Both the position numbers and the translations under genes were made by a program. This document shows, piece after piece, positions 43,276-57,751 of a stretch of 64,000 nt of DNA (the stretch's first letter is position 1; each line of letters starts with the position of its first letter). The notes under the pieces were generated by a model. It had not been told where the DNA came from. It worked only from the letters and a program-made list of their open reading frames with translations, and searched no databases. The stretch spans positions 15,872,001 to 15,936,000 of the forward strand of contig OZ024751.1 in NCBI GenBank assembly GCA_964016885.1, written 5' to 3'. This DNA is from Eledone cirrhosa (taxonomy: Eukaryota).

Positions 43276-43728
43276 TTCGTCTATTCACTAATATTTTGTA
43301 TTTATTTTTCAAAATAGTCGATGATCTTCATTAAAAGTTTCGACAAAGTTCTGTCAGAATCAAATTTAAAGTTATTCACAGCTTGGGTAATATTTCTTTT
43401 CAGTTAGTTTTTAATTCTACAACTGTGTTTTAAACGTTGTTCTTGAATCGTTTGAATCGAGAACAAAAAAACAAAACAAAAAAAAACGTTACTTAGTATA
43501 TTTCTTTATGAATGTAATATAATATAACAACGCTGTATTTATATGTTAAAGTTTATGTATCATTGATATAAATAGGTGTTCTATAACTTATTCACAACAT
43601 ATTCACAGTTCAAACACTTATGTTTTTGTTTCTGAATCGAAAACGTTACTTGCATATTTCTTTATAAATGTAATATAAATGTAATATAACAACGTTGCAT
43701 TTATATGTTAAAGTGTATGTATCGTTCA

Positions 43729-44867
43729 CTAGCAGTAAAGCCCGGCGTTGCTCGGGGTCGCTCAGTAGCTGTGTTAAAGTTACAATGTTAAGTTTCTTTT
43801 TTGGCTTAAAAACTGTAGTGTCTACTGTGCAGACTTGCATGTGGTGTTTTTGATTAATATTCCCTCAACCAACAATATGCCTTATGAAGTTAAGAAAACA
43901 TAACGATAACCCGAATGTTATAACAAAAGAGGATGCTGGGGATAAAAACTGCACTGGTTATTTATTAACAAAGATCGAAAATGTAAACACTGCAACGCAG
44001 AGAAAAACATTAGCGTAACCAAATTATCAGTTATGTCTGTCTGCACGCCTATATCACCTCTCTGCACGACTATCTGTCTGCACGCGTATATCACCTCTCT
44101 GCACGACTATCTGTCTGCACGCCTATATCACCTCTCTGCACGACTGTCTGTCTGCACGCCTATATCACCTCTCTGCACGACTGTCTGTCTGCACGCGTAT
44201 ATCACTTCTCTGCACGCGTATATCACTTCTCTGCACGACTGTCTGTCTGCACGACTGTCTGTCTGCACGCCTAACGAAATTTACAGATACATATATTTTA
44301 AATAAACTTATATAATTTCTGCTTTTTTTTTACGAAATATTTGCTTGTTTTACGTAGTCTTTAAATAGACTTGTTTTCAAGTAAAAATATTGTTTTAAAA
44401 TGCTTTTAAATGGAAATGAAGCTTGTTTTACGTAGTCTTTCAATAGACTTGTTTTCAAGTAAAAATATTGTTTTAAAATGCTTTTAAATGGAAATGAAGC
44501 AAAACGGAAGCTTAGTGTTCGAACTGATGAATTTTGCAGGTCAATATTTTGCTGGCTCGACAACTGTTCGTGTATTGTGTTAATGTCATTTTAAACGCTG
44601 AGAAAGCCAGCGTAATTTTTTACGTAAGACGCTCAATGTAAACAGAACAAAGGGAAATAACTGATAACTTACGCTCAAAAATTGATACATTATATTCGAT
44701 TTCGTAACATAGGGTGGGTCAATTTGAAATATTTTTTTTCCGATGTCTTCGCTAGGGCTCAATGTACAAGTATAGCAATTTCGGTGCAATTCCGTCAGAG
44801 ATTCTAAGAGGAGATATGTGCCAAAAATCGATAGACAGACAGACAACCACAGTTTTATATATATAGA
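43729..44867 (-). mobile_element. Non-autonomous Helitron with internal minisatellite expansion
   Basis: CTAG and hairpin at left, tatatataGA at right, A|T site; near-identical to 54126-54944. Confidence 0.88.
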
Positions 44868-45224
44868 TATATCATAAGTGTATGTATCGTTCATATAAAT
44901 AGATGTTTTACAACACACTTACAGTTCAAACACTTATGTAGAATTATTGTATGTAATCTTACCGCGTAATGTAGCTCAACTTTTTCCAATATATGGTATG
45001 TTGCCTTCATGTTAGCCGTAATCACACACGTCCGATTATCGGACACTGACCACAACGGTCGCCATTGTATGTATGTATGTATGTATGTTCTTCTGGTTTT
45101 ATAATTTCACAAATTTTTGCCAATAGAGAGAGAGTCGGTTTCTAACATAGTTACAAGACTCTCTCATTGGAATTTACACATCAACTAGTTAGATATGTCT
45201 GCATGTCTGCATGCATGTGTAGGT

Positions 45225-46420
45225 ATGGATGTTATTGTATGTGTGGATGTGGATATTTTGAGTTATATGTGTACATGTGTATATGCAGTTATTAGCATTA
45301 TAATTTCCTAACTAGTTGTGTTCTTTCTGTTCCTGTGAAGCCTAGCTTCTCAAGATTTGTATTGAGACAGTTACTAACATACCCCAGTGCCCCAACAATC
45401 ACAGGCATAAATCTGAAGGTGTAATCAGAGTAGAGTATCTGTAGATTTCTCATTAGTTCTGCATAGATATTCTCCTTTTCGCTAATGTTTGATATTATCT
45501 TGGCATCTGCTGGGCAGCTAACTTTCACTACTGTGCTTGCCTTCTTTTCCCTGTCCCATATCATTATGTCTGGTCTTGTATGTTATGCCTGCATTTTATT
45601 GGGGTTTTTACTGGAACATTCCCCCAGTACTCTTTTATATTATGTATGTGTATGTCTTCCACATTGCTGTAACTTTTAATGTGTTTACTATCGGGGCTGT
45701 CTTTTCTACGGATTGCATTGTACAGTGTTTTGGCCACTACATCATGCCTCATAGGTAGATAGTACCCCGATGACATCTTTGGACAGCTGCTTATGACATG
45801 GGTGACATCTTCGATGTTAATTCTGCAGAGTCTGCACTTATTATCACATCTAGGTGTTTTGCCTGCATCCCTATCTCTTTTGTGAATCAGATATTTCGTT
45901 TGGATTTCCTGTTCTTGGATTGCAAAAGCGTATCCTTCAAAGTGGGAGCCAATATAGCGGTTGTTGGTCCAAGATAGACTACTTTCTTTATCTATATTAT
46001 TCTCACTCTGGAGCTTCCTGGCAACATATCCATGCATGATTTTTTGCTGATAAGCATGCAGTTTTCATCCATGGATTCACTGCGATACTGATGAGCTACT
46101 TCCCTGGGTGTGAGTTTTTGATTACCACACAGGGAATATCTTTCGAGGAGTTCCTTTCCAACTCTCATGATCTTACCTGTATCATGCAGATAGACTTGCT
46201 CGAGAGACGGGCTCCTACGCTTCGTGGTTCGTAGATGTTGTCGGAGGGATATGATGCGACATTCAAATGCTGTCTGGACTGATGTTTGGCCTCTGTCCCC
46301 CTGCTTACATTTCAAGTAAAGGCGGTCTATGTTACTGTTGATGTGGAAGTTTCCAGTGTTGTTTAGTATTTTTCGAGTTCCAACATCAATTGCTCGGATT
46401 TCGTCTATCGCCCAATTGAG
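45225..46420 (-). mobile_element. RLE-type (R4/Dong-like) LINE 3' part: CCHC knuckle and PD-(D/E)xK endonuclease
   Basis: AIQEQEIQTK..CRLC..EDVTHVISSC..RHDVVAK..(PD)IMIWDREKK..VSCP..KENIY; frameshifted. Confidence 0.85.
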
Positions 46421-46516
46421 TATGTATGTATGTATGTATGTATGTATGTATGTATGTATGTATGTATGTATGTATGTATGTATGTATGTATGTATGTATG
46501 TATGTATGTATGTATG

Positions 46517-47124
46517 TCAGGTCACCAGCTGGTGCTACTGGTAACATGTATCCCAGTACAACCTGTCTCATTGTCGGGTCGTTGGCGGCTAAACTGGCAA
46601 CCTGACCAAGGTTTCTTGGTGAGGAGGATGACTTTGGACATCCCGCAGGACTAAAAACAAAACCTGTCAAAGGGCAAAGGAGCTCTTAAGAGTCAATGGC
46701 CATCCAAAATGACCGGGAGAGATGACCCCTTAGCCTTTGTCAAGGCAGAATTCTAGGAGAAGGAAAACTCTGATATAACACCTGCAACCCTCATGGTATC
46801 CAATGATGTTGACTTGTTATTCTTTTTGGTAAATATCATCTTGGTTAAGAGAGTGGGACTGGCTTTGTGCAGTGCCTTTGCTAACTATAAAAGCTTAACG
46901 GCACAGGCATTGCTTTATATCTGGAGATCTCTCTGCACTTGTCATCACATGGTACCATGGGCCCAGCACTATGTGTCAATAATTGTCACAAGTGTAGTGT
47001 TTGTACCAGAGTTTTCAAGTCGCTGGCTGGACTAAAAAGTCACACTCGTTCAGCGCATCGGTAGGGGTTCTCCTACATGGATATAAAGTAGTGGCCGTAC
47101 TCGAAAACGAGTTGGCAGCCACCA
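46517..47124 (+). mobile_element. Bipartite RTE-derived non-autonomous element (5' UTR-like part plus 3' end) in (TATG)n
   Basis: gaaggaaaactctga 5' UTR-like motif fused to a zinc-finger 3' end; flanked by tatg repeats. Confidence 0.65.
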
Positions 47125-47428
47125 TGTATGTATGCATGACTGGTGTATCGTGATAGTTAGCTTATATACTTCAGAATATATCTATCCTTATAGGTGTTTA
47201 CTAAAATATATGTACATAAATAATATAAATATATTATATATAATATCTTGTATTATATAATATGCATGTATGTATACATTGATACATACACACACACATG
47301 CACACTTGCACTCACACATAAATACACATGTAAACAACAATTACTAGGGTATAGGCATATATTAGATTGCATAACTATTTACCTCTCTATATACGTATAT
47401 ATTCATATATATATATGCATACGCCCCC

Positions 47429-47479
<51 letters not shown>

Positions 47480-47900
47480 TATGTAGATACATTAAAATAT
47501 ATATAAATATATATGTATGTGCATTCTGAAAATGCACATACGCATACATAAACAAATTTGCATACAAATGTATGCCCCCACACACTCATTTTCACATCTC
47601 TCTCTCTCTCGGTCTGTCTGTCTCTCTCTCTCTCGCCCCCTCTCTCTTTCTATCTATCTATCAACCTATCTATCTAACTATATGTGTCCGTGTGTGTGAG
47701 CAGGTGTATGTAAGTCCGAATATATACTTAATAGAAACATATATATATATAAGTATGTATACGTACATACATATATGCATACAGACGTACAGTATTATAT
47801 ATATTTATACATACATGCACACACATATATATGTACGTATGGATTCACCGAACATTTATTATAATGCTCGGTGTGTTTGTAAACAAACATCCAGAAACAC

Positions 47901-47935
<35 letters not shown>

Positions 47936-48034
47936 TATTTCGGCTCTGTTGTATTACATTGAGCTATATCTTATACTGTCATTTCTATAATACGACGAGT
48001 GTGTTTTACTCCAACGCACTCTAGTATTTTAATT

Positions 48035-48080
<46 letters not shown>

Positions 48081-48705
48081 ATATACAACTTCTTGTTATT
48101 TCCTGCCATAATGAAATTCTTTTGGGTGTTTTTTATTGTATTTCTCTTACAGATGAAAACATTTTAGAACATAAATTTGTATTCCGTGGAGCAAACAACA
48201 GTTTTAACTGTGATTCTTACCGTCTTATGGTGTGAATATACAAAATCAAAAACAAAAACAAAAGAAAAAAACACACAACGAAACAACAACACCAACAAAA
48301 ATAAACAAAATTACAAAAACACAGATAGATAATCAAAGAAAACAAAAACAAAAATACACATAAACACTACTAATGGAAAAAATCAAACGTAAAAACAATG
48401 TGTTGCGTCAGGTTGACATGATGTGCCATTGGCACGGATTTCTTTCTGTCTGTGCGTCAGAACTTGTAACTCTGTTTCGTTCGCTTGGTAATTACATGTC
48501 TGGATTAGCGAAATAACTTGTTCAGCGACGATGAGAAAAAGGTGTGGGCTGTGGTGCGTGAGTTGTGAGGTGTGGTGTGTGGTGTGTGAGTTGTGAGGTG
48601 TGGTGCATGAGGAGTTGTTTGTGGTGTGTGGGTGCGGGTTTATAACCTCGGTTGTTAGTATTTTATATACATATATATTCTGCGATTTGTCTGCTTCGGC
48701 TTCTG

Positions 48706-48747
<42 letters not shown>

Positions 48748-49000
48748 ATTAGGGAAAATATTGATGCAATCCAATTCAAGCACTCAACGTACTTTTTCCA
48801 CATAGGAGTGACGGAGTAAATATCGAATAAGGAAAAGCGAAGTAGTTTCAGATGTTCAAGTCCTTTAATAATAATGCTGTGATATATATTTCAGTGACGA
48901 CACAAGGGAGCGGATGAAAAACCCAAGAACACGCAATTCATCCGTTCCCTTGTCGATCCAATTTGGATTGCCTCGGAAACATAACCTTATTATGTAACAA

Positions 49001-49074
49001 GCTGTCTGATGATGACACGACACTCGCACACAGAACAGTGTGGCCAGTGTCGTCACTGAAATATATATCACAGC
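49001..49074 (+). ncRNA. Type I hammerhead ribozyme
   Basis: GCUGU-CUGAUGA-[ACGACACU..AGUGUCGU stem II]-GAAA-UAUAUA-UC|ACAGC; inverted partial arm at 48825-48904. Confidence 0.8.
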
Positions 49075-49121
49075 ATTATTATTAAAGGACTTGAACATCT
49101 GAAACTACTTCGCTTTTCCTT

Positions 49122-49170
<49 letters not shown>

Positions 49171-49255
49171 GTACGTTATTCCGGGTTGAATCGGAGGTAA
49201 CCACAGTAATAAGGTACTCAATTCATAGCAGAGTATAAAAGTTTTAATATAGATG

Positions 49256-49306
49256 AGATTCTACAGGACTAGAACTGTTTCATTCTTTAGAAATCATCAG
49301 GAATCT
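49256..49306 (-). ncRNA. Type I hammerhead ribozyme
   Basis: AGAUUC-CUGAUGA-UUUC(UAAA)GAAU-GAAA-CAG(UUCUAGUC)CUG-UA|GAAUCU; inverted partial arm at 49608-49646. Confidence 0.88.
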
Positions 49307-49643
49307 GGGTATCAAAAAATAAATATGGTATTTATAGGTCTCTTCAGGTGGTAGGAGAGGGTAGGGAGCGGGATGGGTGGAGGTCATTGGTTGATAGAAA
49401 AAGGAATTCATTAAAAGCTAATTCTTTAAAGCTATAATTTATATTTAGAGTAACAAAGGCAGAAAGAATTCTATAAACAAGTTCAGGATGGGGTGCCACT
49501 CCTTATTTTTAAGTTTCTCTTAAGCTAACAATGCCTATATTTCAGGTGTCTATAAGATCATTGGGGGTCAGTCATGGTTGATGGATTTAAAGAAAAGGGA
49601 AATTCTTTAAAGAATGAAACAGTTCTAGTCCTGTAGAATCTCA

Positions 49644-49696
<53 letters not shown>

Positions 49697-49711
49697 GCCG
49701 AAGCAGACAAA

Positions 49712-49743
<32 letters not shown>

Positions 49744-50383
49744 CAGAAGCCGAAGCAAACAAATCGCAGAATATATGTATATAAAATACTAACAATCGAG
49801 GTTATAAACCCGCACCCCACACACCACAAACAACTCCTCATGCACCACACCTCACAACTCACACACCACACACCACACCTCACAACTCACGCACCACAGC
49901 CCACACCTTTTTCTCATCGTCGCTGAACAAGTTATTTCGCTAATCCAGACATGTAATTACCAAGCGAACGAAACAGAGTTACAAGTTCTGACGCACAGAC
50001 AGAAAGAAATCCGTGCCAATGGCACATCATGTCAACCTGACGCAACACATTGTTTTTACGTTTGTTTTTTTCATTAGTAGTGTTTATGTGTATTTTTGTT
50101 TTTGTTTTCTTTGATTATCTATCTGTGTTTTTGTATTTTTGTTCATTTTTGTTGGTGTTGTTGTTGTTGTTGTTGTTTCGTTGTGTGTTTTTTTCTTTTG
50201 TTTTTGTTTTTGATTTTGTATATTCACATCATAAGACGGTAAGAATCACAGTTAAAACTGTTGTGTTTGCTCCACCGAATACAAATTTATGTTCTAAAAT
50301 GATTTCATCTGTAAGAGAAATACAATAGAAAACACCCAAAAGAATTTCATTATGGCAGGAAATAGCATATATATATATATATA

Positions 50384-50475
<92 letters not shown>

Positions 50476-50507
50476 ATTAAAGTCAAAACGTTGTTTCCAA
50501 GTGATTT

Positions 50508-50571
<64 letters not shown>

Positions 50572-51796
50572 ATATATGATATATATGATATATATATATA
50601 TATATAAAATCACTTGGAAACAATGTTTTGACTTTAATTTGTTTTATCATTATTTTTCAGTTTCAGAGATACTGAGTTAGTAGTAGCTTATCTTTTCCCC
50701 CTCACTTCAATGGCAGCTAACAAGCTTTGTGTTATTTAACTTGTTCTTTTGTTTTTAACTTAGGTTGATTACTATGAGGAATGACAAGAACTTTTGTTCT
50801 TTTGATTCGATTGTTTCTTCGGCATTTTAAAATCTAGCAATAAGTTCAGTATGTTTACAATTGAAGTATTCCCTCAATGATAATATGTATTTGTGATTTG
50901 ATAACATGATTTATATCAAAATATCCAAGCATTACTTATCATCTGACATGCCATTTTCTGAATTTATGTTTGCCACTATAGGTAACAGTAGATAAATAAA
51001 TATGAAATGTTTAAATGTATTAAATAAAAATAAATAAAGGTTTTCACTTCGCCAGTATTTTGCTAAAATGACACATTAACACGTCCAAAGATCAAAACTA
51101 AAAGAAAATAGAGTAACTTAGAAAGAAATATATATTTTCATCTATGTACAGATTTCTGTGATTATGTCACAACACGTAAAGAGGAATAGTTTGACTACCT
51201 CATACTACTCCCCTCTCTTTACGTCTGCTGTCTGCGTGAATGTATGTGTGTGTAAAAGGAAGGAAGCGGGTGGTGAAAAAACTATAGGAAAATAGCGGTT
51301 GCCGTTTCATTTGTTATGCTGTGTATGTGTGTATGTGTTTGTGTGAATGTATGTGTGTGGTTGTGTGAATGGATGTCTGAGTGTGTATTTTTGTAACTGT
51401 ATCTGTGTTTGCACTTTTATATTTATATACTCATACATATAAATGTATGCATATGTATATACACACATACGCGTCAGCGTGTTGAAAAAAAAATGTGTAT
51501 ATGTATATTTCAATCGTCATAAAAAACGAAGATAGGGTGAAAAGAAAAAGTAACTTCCTAGAAACTCTATAAGCATTCAATATTTTCTCAAATCCCGCCG
51601 AGGTTAACTTTGCCTTTCATCCTTACGGGGTCGATAAATAAAGTACCAGTAATGCACTGGTTAATTGCTGGTCTTGTGCCAAAAGTAGAAACAATATTGT
51701 CTCAACAGCTGATAATTATATGTCTGTGTGTATTTATATTTGTACGCTCACGTCACTAAATAAGAGATCTTTGCCTCACTCACATTTTGCCTGTCA

Positions 51797-52660
51797 CTCT
51801 GCTCAGTATGTATACATCTCCTTCAAACCATATGTTCATTCTCAATCTATCTTCCACATACACACACACACTCTCTCTCTTTCCTTCTCTTTCTCTCTCC
51901 TCTGCTCAGTATATATACATCTCCTTCAAACCATATGTTCATTCTCAATCTATCTTCCACATACACACACACACTCTCTCTCTTTCCTTCTCTTTCTCTC
52001 TCCTCTGCTCAGTATGTATACATCTCCTTCAAACCATATGTTCATTCTCAATTTATCTTCCACATACACACACACTCTCTCTCTTTTCTCTCTCTCTTTC
52101 CTTCTCTTTCTCTCTCCTCTGCTCAGTATATATACATCTCCTTCAAACCATATGTTCATTCTCAATCTATCTTCCACATACACACACACACTCTCTCTCT
52201 TCCCTTCTCTTTCTCTCTCCTCTGCTCAGTATATATACATCTCCTTCAAACCATATGTTCATTCTCAATTTATCTTCCACATACACACACACTCTCTCTC
52301 TTTTCTCTCTCTCTTCCCTTCCCTTTCTCTCTCCTCTGCTCAGTATGTATACATCTCCTTCAAACCTTATGTTCATTCTCAATTTATCTTCCACATACAC
52401 ACACACTCTCTCTCTTTTCTCTCTCTCTTTCCTTCTCTTTCTCTCTCCTCTGCTCAGTATGTATACATCTCCTTCAAACCATATGTTCATTCTCAATCTA
52501 TCTTCCACATACACACACACTCTCTCTCTTTTCTCTCTCTCCCTTTCTCTCTCTCTCTTTCCTTCTCTTTCTCTCTCCTCTGCTCAGTATGTATACATCT
52601 CCTTCAAACCATATGTTCATTCTCAATCTATCTTCCACATACACACACACTCTTTCTCTT
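51797..52660. repeat. Minisatellite, ~105-125-bp unit, 8 copies
   Basis: ctctgctcagtat.tatacatctccttcaaaccatatgttcattctcaat.tatcttccacatacac plus CT-rich tail. Confidence 0.9.
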
Positions 52661-52707
52661 TTCTCTCTCTCCCTTTCTCTCTCTCTTTCCTTCTCTTTCT
52701 CCCTCTC

Positions 52708-52738
<31 letters not shown>

Positions 52739-52988
52739 CTTTCTTTCTCTCTTTTTCTCTCTCTTTCCTTCTCTTTCTCTCTCTCCACCTCTTTATGTAT
52801 TTTATCTTTCTCATACAAACATTTGTAAAAATGAATGTGGTAGCAGGTAGTTGTTCATTTGAATAAAATCTCTAGGGTATCTAATATATGATACGCGATA
52901 GCATTGTTTGGTTGATTGGTTGCTTGCTTTGTCCGATATCAAATGACACGTTCGACACCATATAGTGAGAGAGAAATAGAAAGAGAGT

Positions 52989-53024
<36 letters not shown>

Positions 53025-53170
53025 GAGAGAATGAGAGAGAGAGAGAGAGAGAAAGAGAGATAGAAAAAGAGAGACAGAGAAAGAAAGGGCGATATAAAGA
53101 GAAAGAGAGGGAGATAGAAAGAGAAAGAGAAAGAGAGAGAGAGAGAGAGGTAGAAAGAGAAAGAGAGAGA

Positions 53171-53215
<45 letters not shown>

Positions 53216-54125
53216 TTATAATTTCATTCTTGGTTGCTTCGTAGAAATTTAATTAAATGAAACTTTATTAAAAAGATTTGAATTAAACTGTATAAGGTTT
53301 GAAATAAATTGGAGAAAAAATAATGAAAATAGGGGAAAGAAGGGTGTAAGGGATCAATCGATTCTATACCCTGTTTGGGCGGTATATCTCAGCTGTGCTC
53401 TGTGTACACAATAACGGAAGCATTGCCACAAAGTACAACCGGTGACATAATCTGGATCCTATTAATTTCTCGATCTTTGATTGCCATCTCTGTGTGAACA
53501 CTTCCAGTTTCGTTCAGTTTCAATAACTATTCTATTAAATATATTCCATCATTTCATGAAACTTTATTTGAATTTAGACGCGTGTATATTTAAACGTCGT
53601 ATTTTAGCGTTTTCCGTTCATCTTAAAACTAGTTCATCATTACTATTAACGAAGGTTATTTAATAGAGGAGGATATGGAGGCATATATATTAAATGAAGG
53701 CGTGTGGCTGAGTGGTTAGAGAATTGGATTCGCAATTGTAAGGTTGTGAGTTCGATTCCTGGACCAGGCAATGCGTTATGTCCTTGAGCAAGACACTTTA
53801 TTTCACGTTGCTCCTTCTACCTGGAGTTGCGACCGATAGATAGTATTAGCAATTGGAAAGACCAACGGAAACATTGTTCCCTCGGTCCGATTTGACGAAA
53901 GTCGATCGTTCCTATATATATATTAAATTTATGTATAATAAGCTTATACAAGTCTTGGTATGAATGTTTTATAATGTGATCATGTCACTGCTATCTTAGT
54001 TTAGTACAAAGCCAAACACGATTTTTATCCATCACCTGTGATGTTTACTCACGCGGTCCAGAAACAAGAATACGTTATAGCTTTTGCGCATAAAACATCT
54101 GCTGGGAATGCTCATTTATATATAA

Positions 54126-54944
54126 CTAGCAGTAAAGCCCGGCGTTGCTCGGGGTCGCTCAGTAGCTGTGTTAAAGTTACAATGTTAAGTTTCTTTTTTG
54201 GCTTAAAAACTGTAGTGTCTACTGTGCAGACTTGCATGTGGTGTTTTTGATTAATATTCCCTCAACCAACAATATGCCTTATGAAGTTAAGAAAACATAA
54301 CGATAACCCGAATGTTATAACAAAAGAGGATGCTGGGGATAAAAACTGCACTTGTTATTTATTAACAAAGATCGAAAATGTAAACACTGCAACGCAGAGA
54401 AAAACATTAGCGTAACCAAATTATCAGTTATGTCTGTCTGCACGCTTATATCACCTCTCTGCACGACTGTCTGTCTGCACGCCTGAAATATTTGCTTGTT
54501 TTACGTAGTCTTTAAATAGACTTGTTTTCAAGTAAAAATATTGTTTTAAAATGCTTTTAAATGGAAATGAAGCAAAACGGAAGCTTAGTGTTCGAACTGA
54601 TGAATTTTGCAGGTCAATATTTTGCTGGCTCGACAACTGTTCGTTCGTGTATTGTGTTAATGTCATTTTAAACGCTGAGAAAGCCAGCGTAATTTTTTAC
54701 GTAAGACGCTCAATGTAAACAGAACAAAGGGAAATAACTGATAACTTACGCTCAAAAATCGATACATTATATTCGATTTCGTCACATAGGGTGGGTCAAT
54801 TTGAAATATTTTTTTTCCGATGTCTTCGCTAGGGCTCAATGTACAAGTATAGCAATTTCGGTGCAATTCCGTGAGAGATTCTAAGAGGAGATGTGTGCCA
54901 AAAATCGATAGACAGACAGACAACCACAGTTTTATATATATAGA
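54126..54944 (-). mobile_element. Non-autonomous Helitron
   Basis: Same termini and body as 43729-44867. Confidence 0.88.
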
Positions 54945-55095
54945 TTGTTTCTACCTTTGGCATAAGGCCAGCTTGTCCCTGTGGATTACTGTGCTTTATT
55001 TTATCGACTCCCTTAAGGATGAAAGGCAAAATTAACTTCGGTGGGATTTAAACTCAGTACGTAAAAAGCCATAACTCTATGCTCATTTACATATA

Positions 55096-55283
55096 ATTGT
55101 TTCTACTTTTTGGCACAAGGCCAGCAATTATCCAGTGCATTACTGGTACTTTATTTTATCGACCCCGTAAGGATGAAAGGCAAAGTCAACCTCAGCGGGA
55201 TTTGAACTCAGATCGTTAAGGGACGTAACTATGCTGGAAAGCATGGCATCCGACCCTCTACCGATACTGCCAACCCACCGCCT
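55096..55283 (-). mobile_element. SINE with TSD atttacatataat, next to an older copy (54945-55060)
   Basis: Family match with flanking direct repeat. Confidence 0.85.
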
Positions 55284-55456
55284 TATATTTACATATAATG
55301 CGAGCTTGACTGGCTTGGGTTCATTAGCAGTAGCACTAACATAACCTGATTCATGATAAAGGTGTATATGAAGGAATACATAATATGTTTATATTAAATA
55401 ATATATGAATGTTTTAAGCAGTCTTCACCTCAAAGTTATTTCAGTAGCCGCGTTAG

Positions 55457-55505
55457 AACGCCAGACACTAGTGTTTCAGGATTTGTATCCCTCATCAGTG
55501 ACGTT
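55457..55505 (-). ncRNA. Type I hammerhead ribozyme (canonical, compact)
   Basis: AACGUCA-CUGAUGA-GGGAU(ACAA)AUCCU-GAAA-CACUAGUG-UC|UGGCGUU; 7-bp stem I, palindromic stem III, GUC site. Confidence 0.92.
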
Positions 55506-56340
55506 TTACTCACTCGGTACTGAGGCAAGAATAAGCTGTAGCTTATATATTTTTTACTTATAAGAATCGGAAAACCCGCATAAGTGACACATTGCTGGCA
55601 GTTAATTCATTTAGTTTTATTATTGATACGACAATCAACATGTCATTTTTACTTCAGATTATATTTATTGTAGTATTACAAGTTTTAGCCGACACTTCAC
55701 GAGACTTTAGATATTTAGATAAACCAGGTAATTACACTCAAAACATCGGTTAAAACCTGAGTTACTACAATGGATTTACTTTAAATTCCAATTACAAATC
55801 AACTGTTCATCTTCTTTAGAATCCATTCAAAAAGAAGTCGAGAAACCAATCGTCAGATCGGACTAAGAAAATCGTGTTTCTATTGATCTTTCCATTGTTG
55901 ATACTATCTGTCGGTCGCACCTCATTGTAGTTTAATCAGATAAGTGACTGTTGTTAATGTTATATCAGGTCGACACTGATCAGCTTGATCAATAATCAGA
56001 ATTGATTTTAACGTTACTACTTCGCCGTATTATTGAATACGTAGTATATCAGTCTAGGACTGCATTATTCATTGTATCTTTAATTTTGTAAGACATTAAG
56101 ATGTGATTTGAGAGAGATTTGGCTGCTATATCTAGTAGATCAAATGACCGTGAAGTGGCTATCTCACTAGTTATTTAGGCAGGCTGGTTTCAGTCTACAA
56201 CATCTCAGAACAGGATTAACGTAATAGCCAGGCATGTCAACTCCTTCCGTCGGACAGGGAGATCACCCACCCACTTTGGGTGGATGAGAGATGCCTTCTC
56301 TTGTGAAAATGGGTATAGCTTTCATTATGTAAAATCTCCC

Positions 56341-56460
56341 TTGCCATTCTGAGTTCAAATCCCGCCGAGGTTAACTTTGTCTTTCATCCTTACGGGGTCG
56401 ATAAAATAAAGTACCAGTAATGCACTGGATAATTGCTGGCCTTGTGCCAAAAGTAGAAAC
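56341..56460 (+). mobile_element. 5'-truncated SINE with TSD ttatgtaaaatctccc
   Basis: Direct repeats flank the insert; lies within a possible MITE (caggcatgtcaac..gttgacaggtttg, 56230-56562). Confidence 0.8.
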
Positions 56461-57324
56461 AGTTATGTAAAATCTCCCCATTTTGCCTCATTTCTCCCCG
56501 TTTTGGGGCACATTTGTTTCATAGTACTCCCCGTTTGGAGTTTTTAGAGGTTGACAGGTTTGTATAGTAGGAGAGATATATTTCTTTTTATTACTTTGTC
56601 CGAATGAAGATCAGTGCCCTTAACTTCTTTTTGGAGCATTCGAGACTTGGAGACTTGTATGAGGTATAAATATATCACCAAACCGGAGACATTGCTCTGA
56701 ATACTTGCAACAGATTCGAACTCATACAAAGCACCGGGTGGTGGTGTAAAAATGGATGACAGATTAGGTCTACTATTGAAATAGGCAACAATGGGTTTTA
56801 AACTCAGAACTAAAAAAGATAGAACATGTAACACTAGTTCATACCGTCCGACGCTCTAATGCTTCTTTTAAATCGCCTCCTCAAGCTAATTTTCCACCTA
56901 ATACCAATTCATCACCTAACACTGTTATTCATTTCTGGTTTTTGTGCTTGCTTCTGGGTATATACTGTTGCATTTCACCTGCTTCCATAATGTGATCGAT
57001 TTAATATAGAGATTTCCAAACTGCTGGTTAACTATTCTTAGACATTGGTTTCATTGCTTTGAATTTCTTTTATCTCCCGGTATTTCTCATTCGCTATTTG
57101 TCATATCTCAAGTGTTAATCTGACATTTGCAAATGTCTAGAAAAAAAATTGCACTCATCTGAGATGTTTATGACGGCAGTTAATATTTATGTATGGAACT
57201 GTAACTCCTGGTGGAGTTGTAGGAGGCGCCATCCGAACATCCGGTGTTTCTCGGCTATTTCAAATATGGCAGAGGTCCCTTTCTTCTCAAGGTGGTCTGA
57301 GTACAGCCGATTTCTTCAAGAGAA

Positions 57325-57417
<93 letters not shown>

Positions 57418-57472
57418 TTGTAATAAAATGAAAACGAAATTTCATTTCTCACTCTTAGTACGGCACTTACTT

Positions 57473-57679
57473 AAATGTAAGTATGTATGTATACGTACAT
57501 ACATATTTGTATACAGACGTACAGTAGCATGCATATATATATACATATATATATATACATATACATACAGGTACACATACATATATGTACGTATCAGTAT
57601 AATAAACGTCCGCTAAACTGATACGTACATATATGTATGTGTACCTGTATGTATATGTATATGTATATATATATATATG

Positions 57680-57751
<72 letters not shown>

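Larger units (their letters stand above)
48097..50364. repeat. ~610-bp inverted repeat pair (48097-48704 and 49743-50364) enclosing nested HHR elements
   Basis: Arms are reverse complements with few differences; (TA)n at or near all boundaries. Confidence 0.9.

Noticed and set aside
49921-49995. CUGAACA..GAAACAGAG..UCUGAC in the large inverted repeat
   Set aside because: The C3-G8 pair is broken and there is no NUH site.
51720-52866. Long ORFs of 297-376 aa
   Set aside because: Open in all three + frames because of a CT-rich minisatellite.
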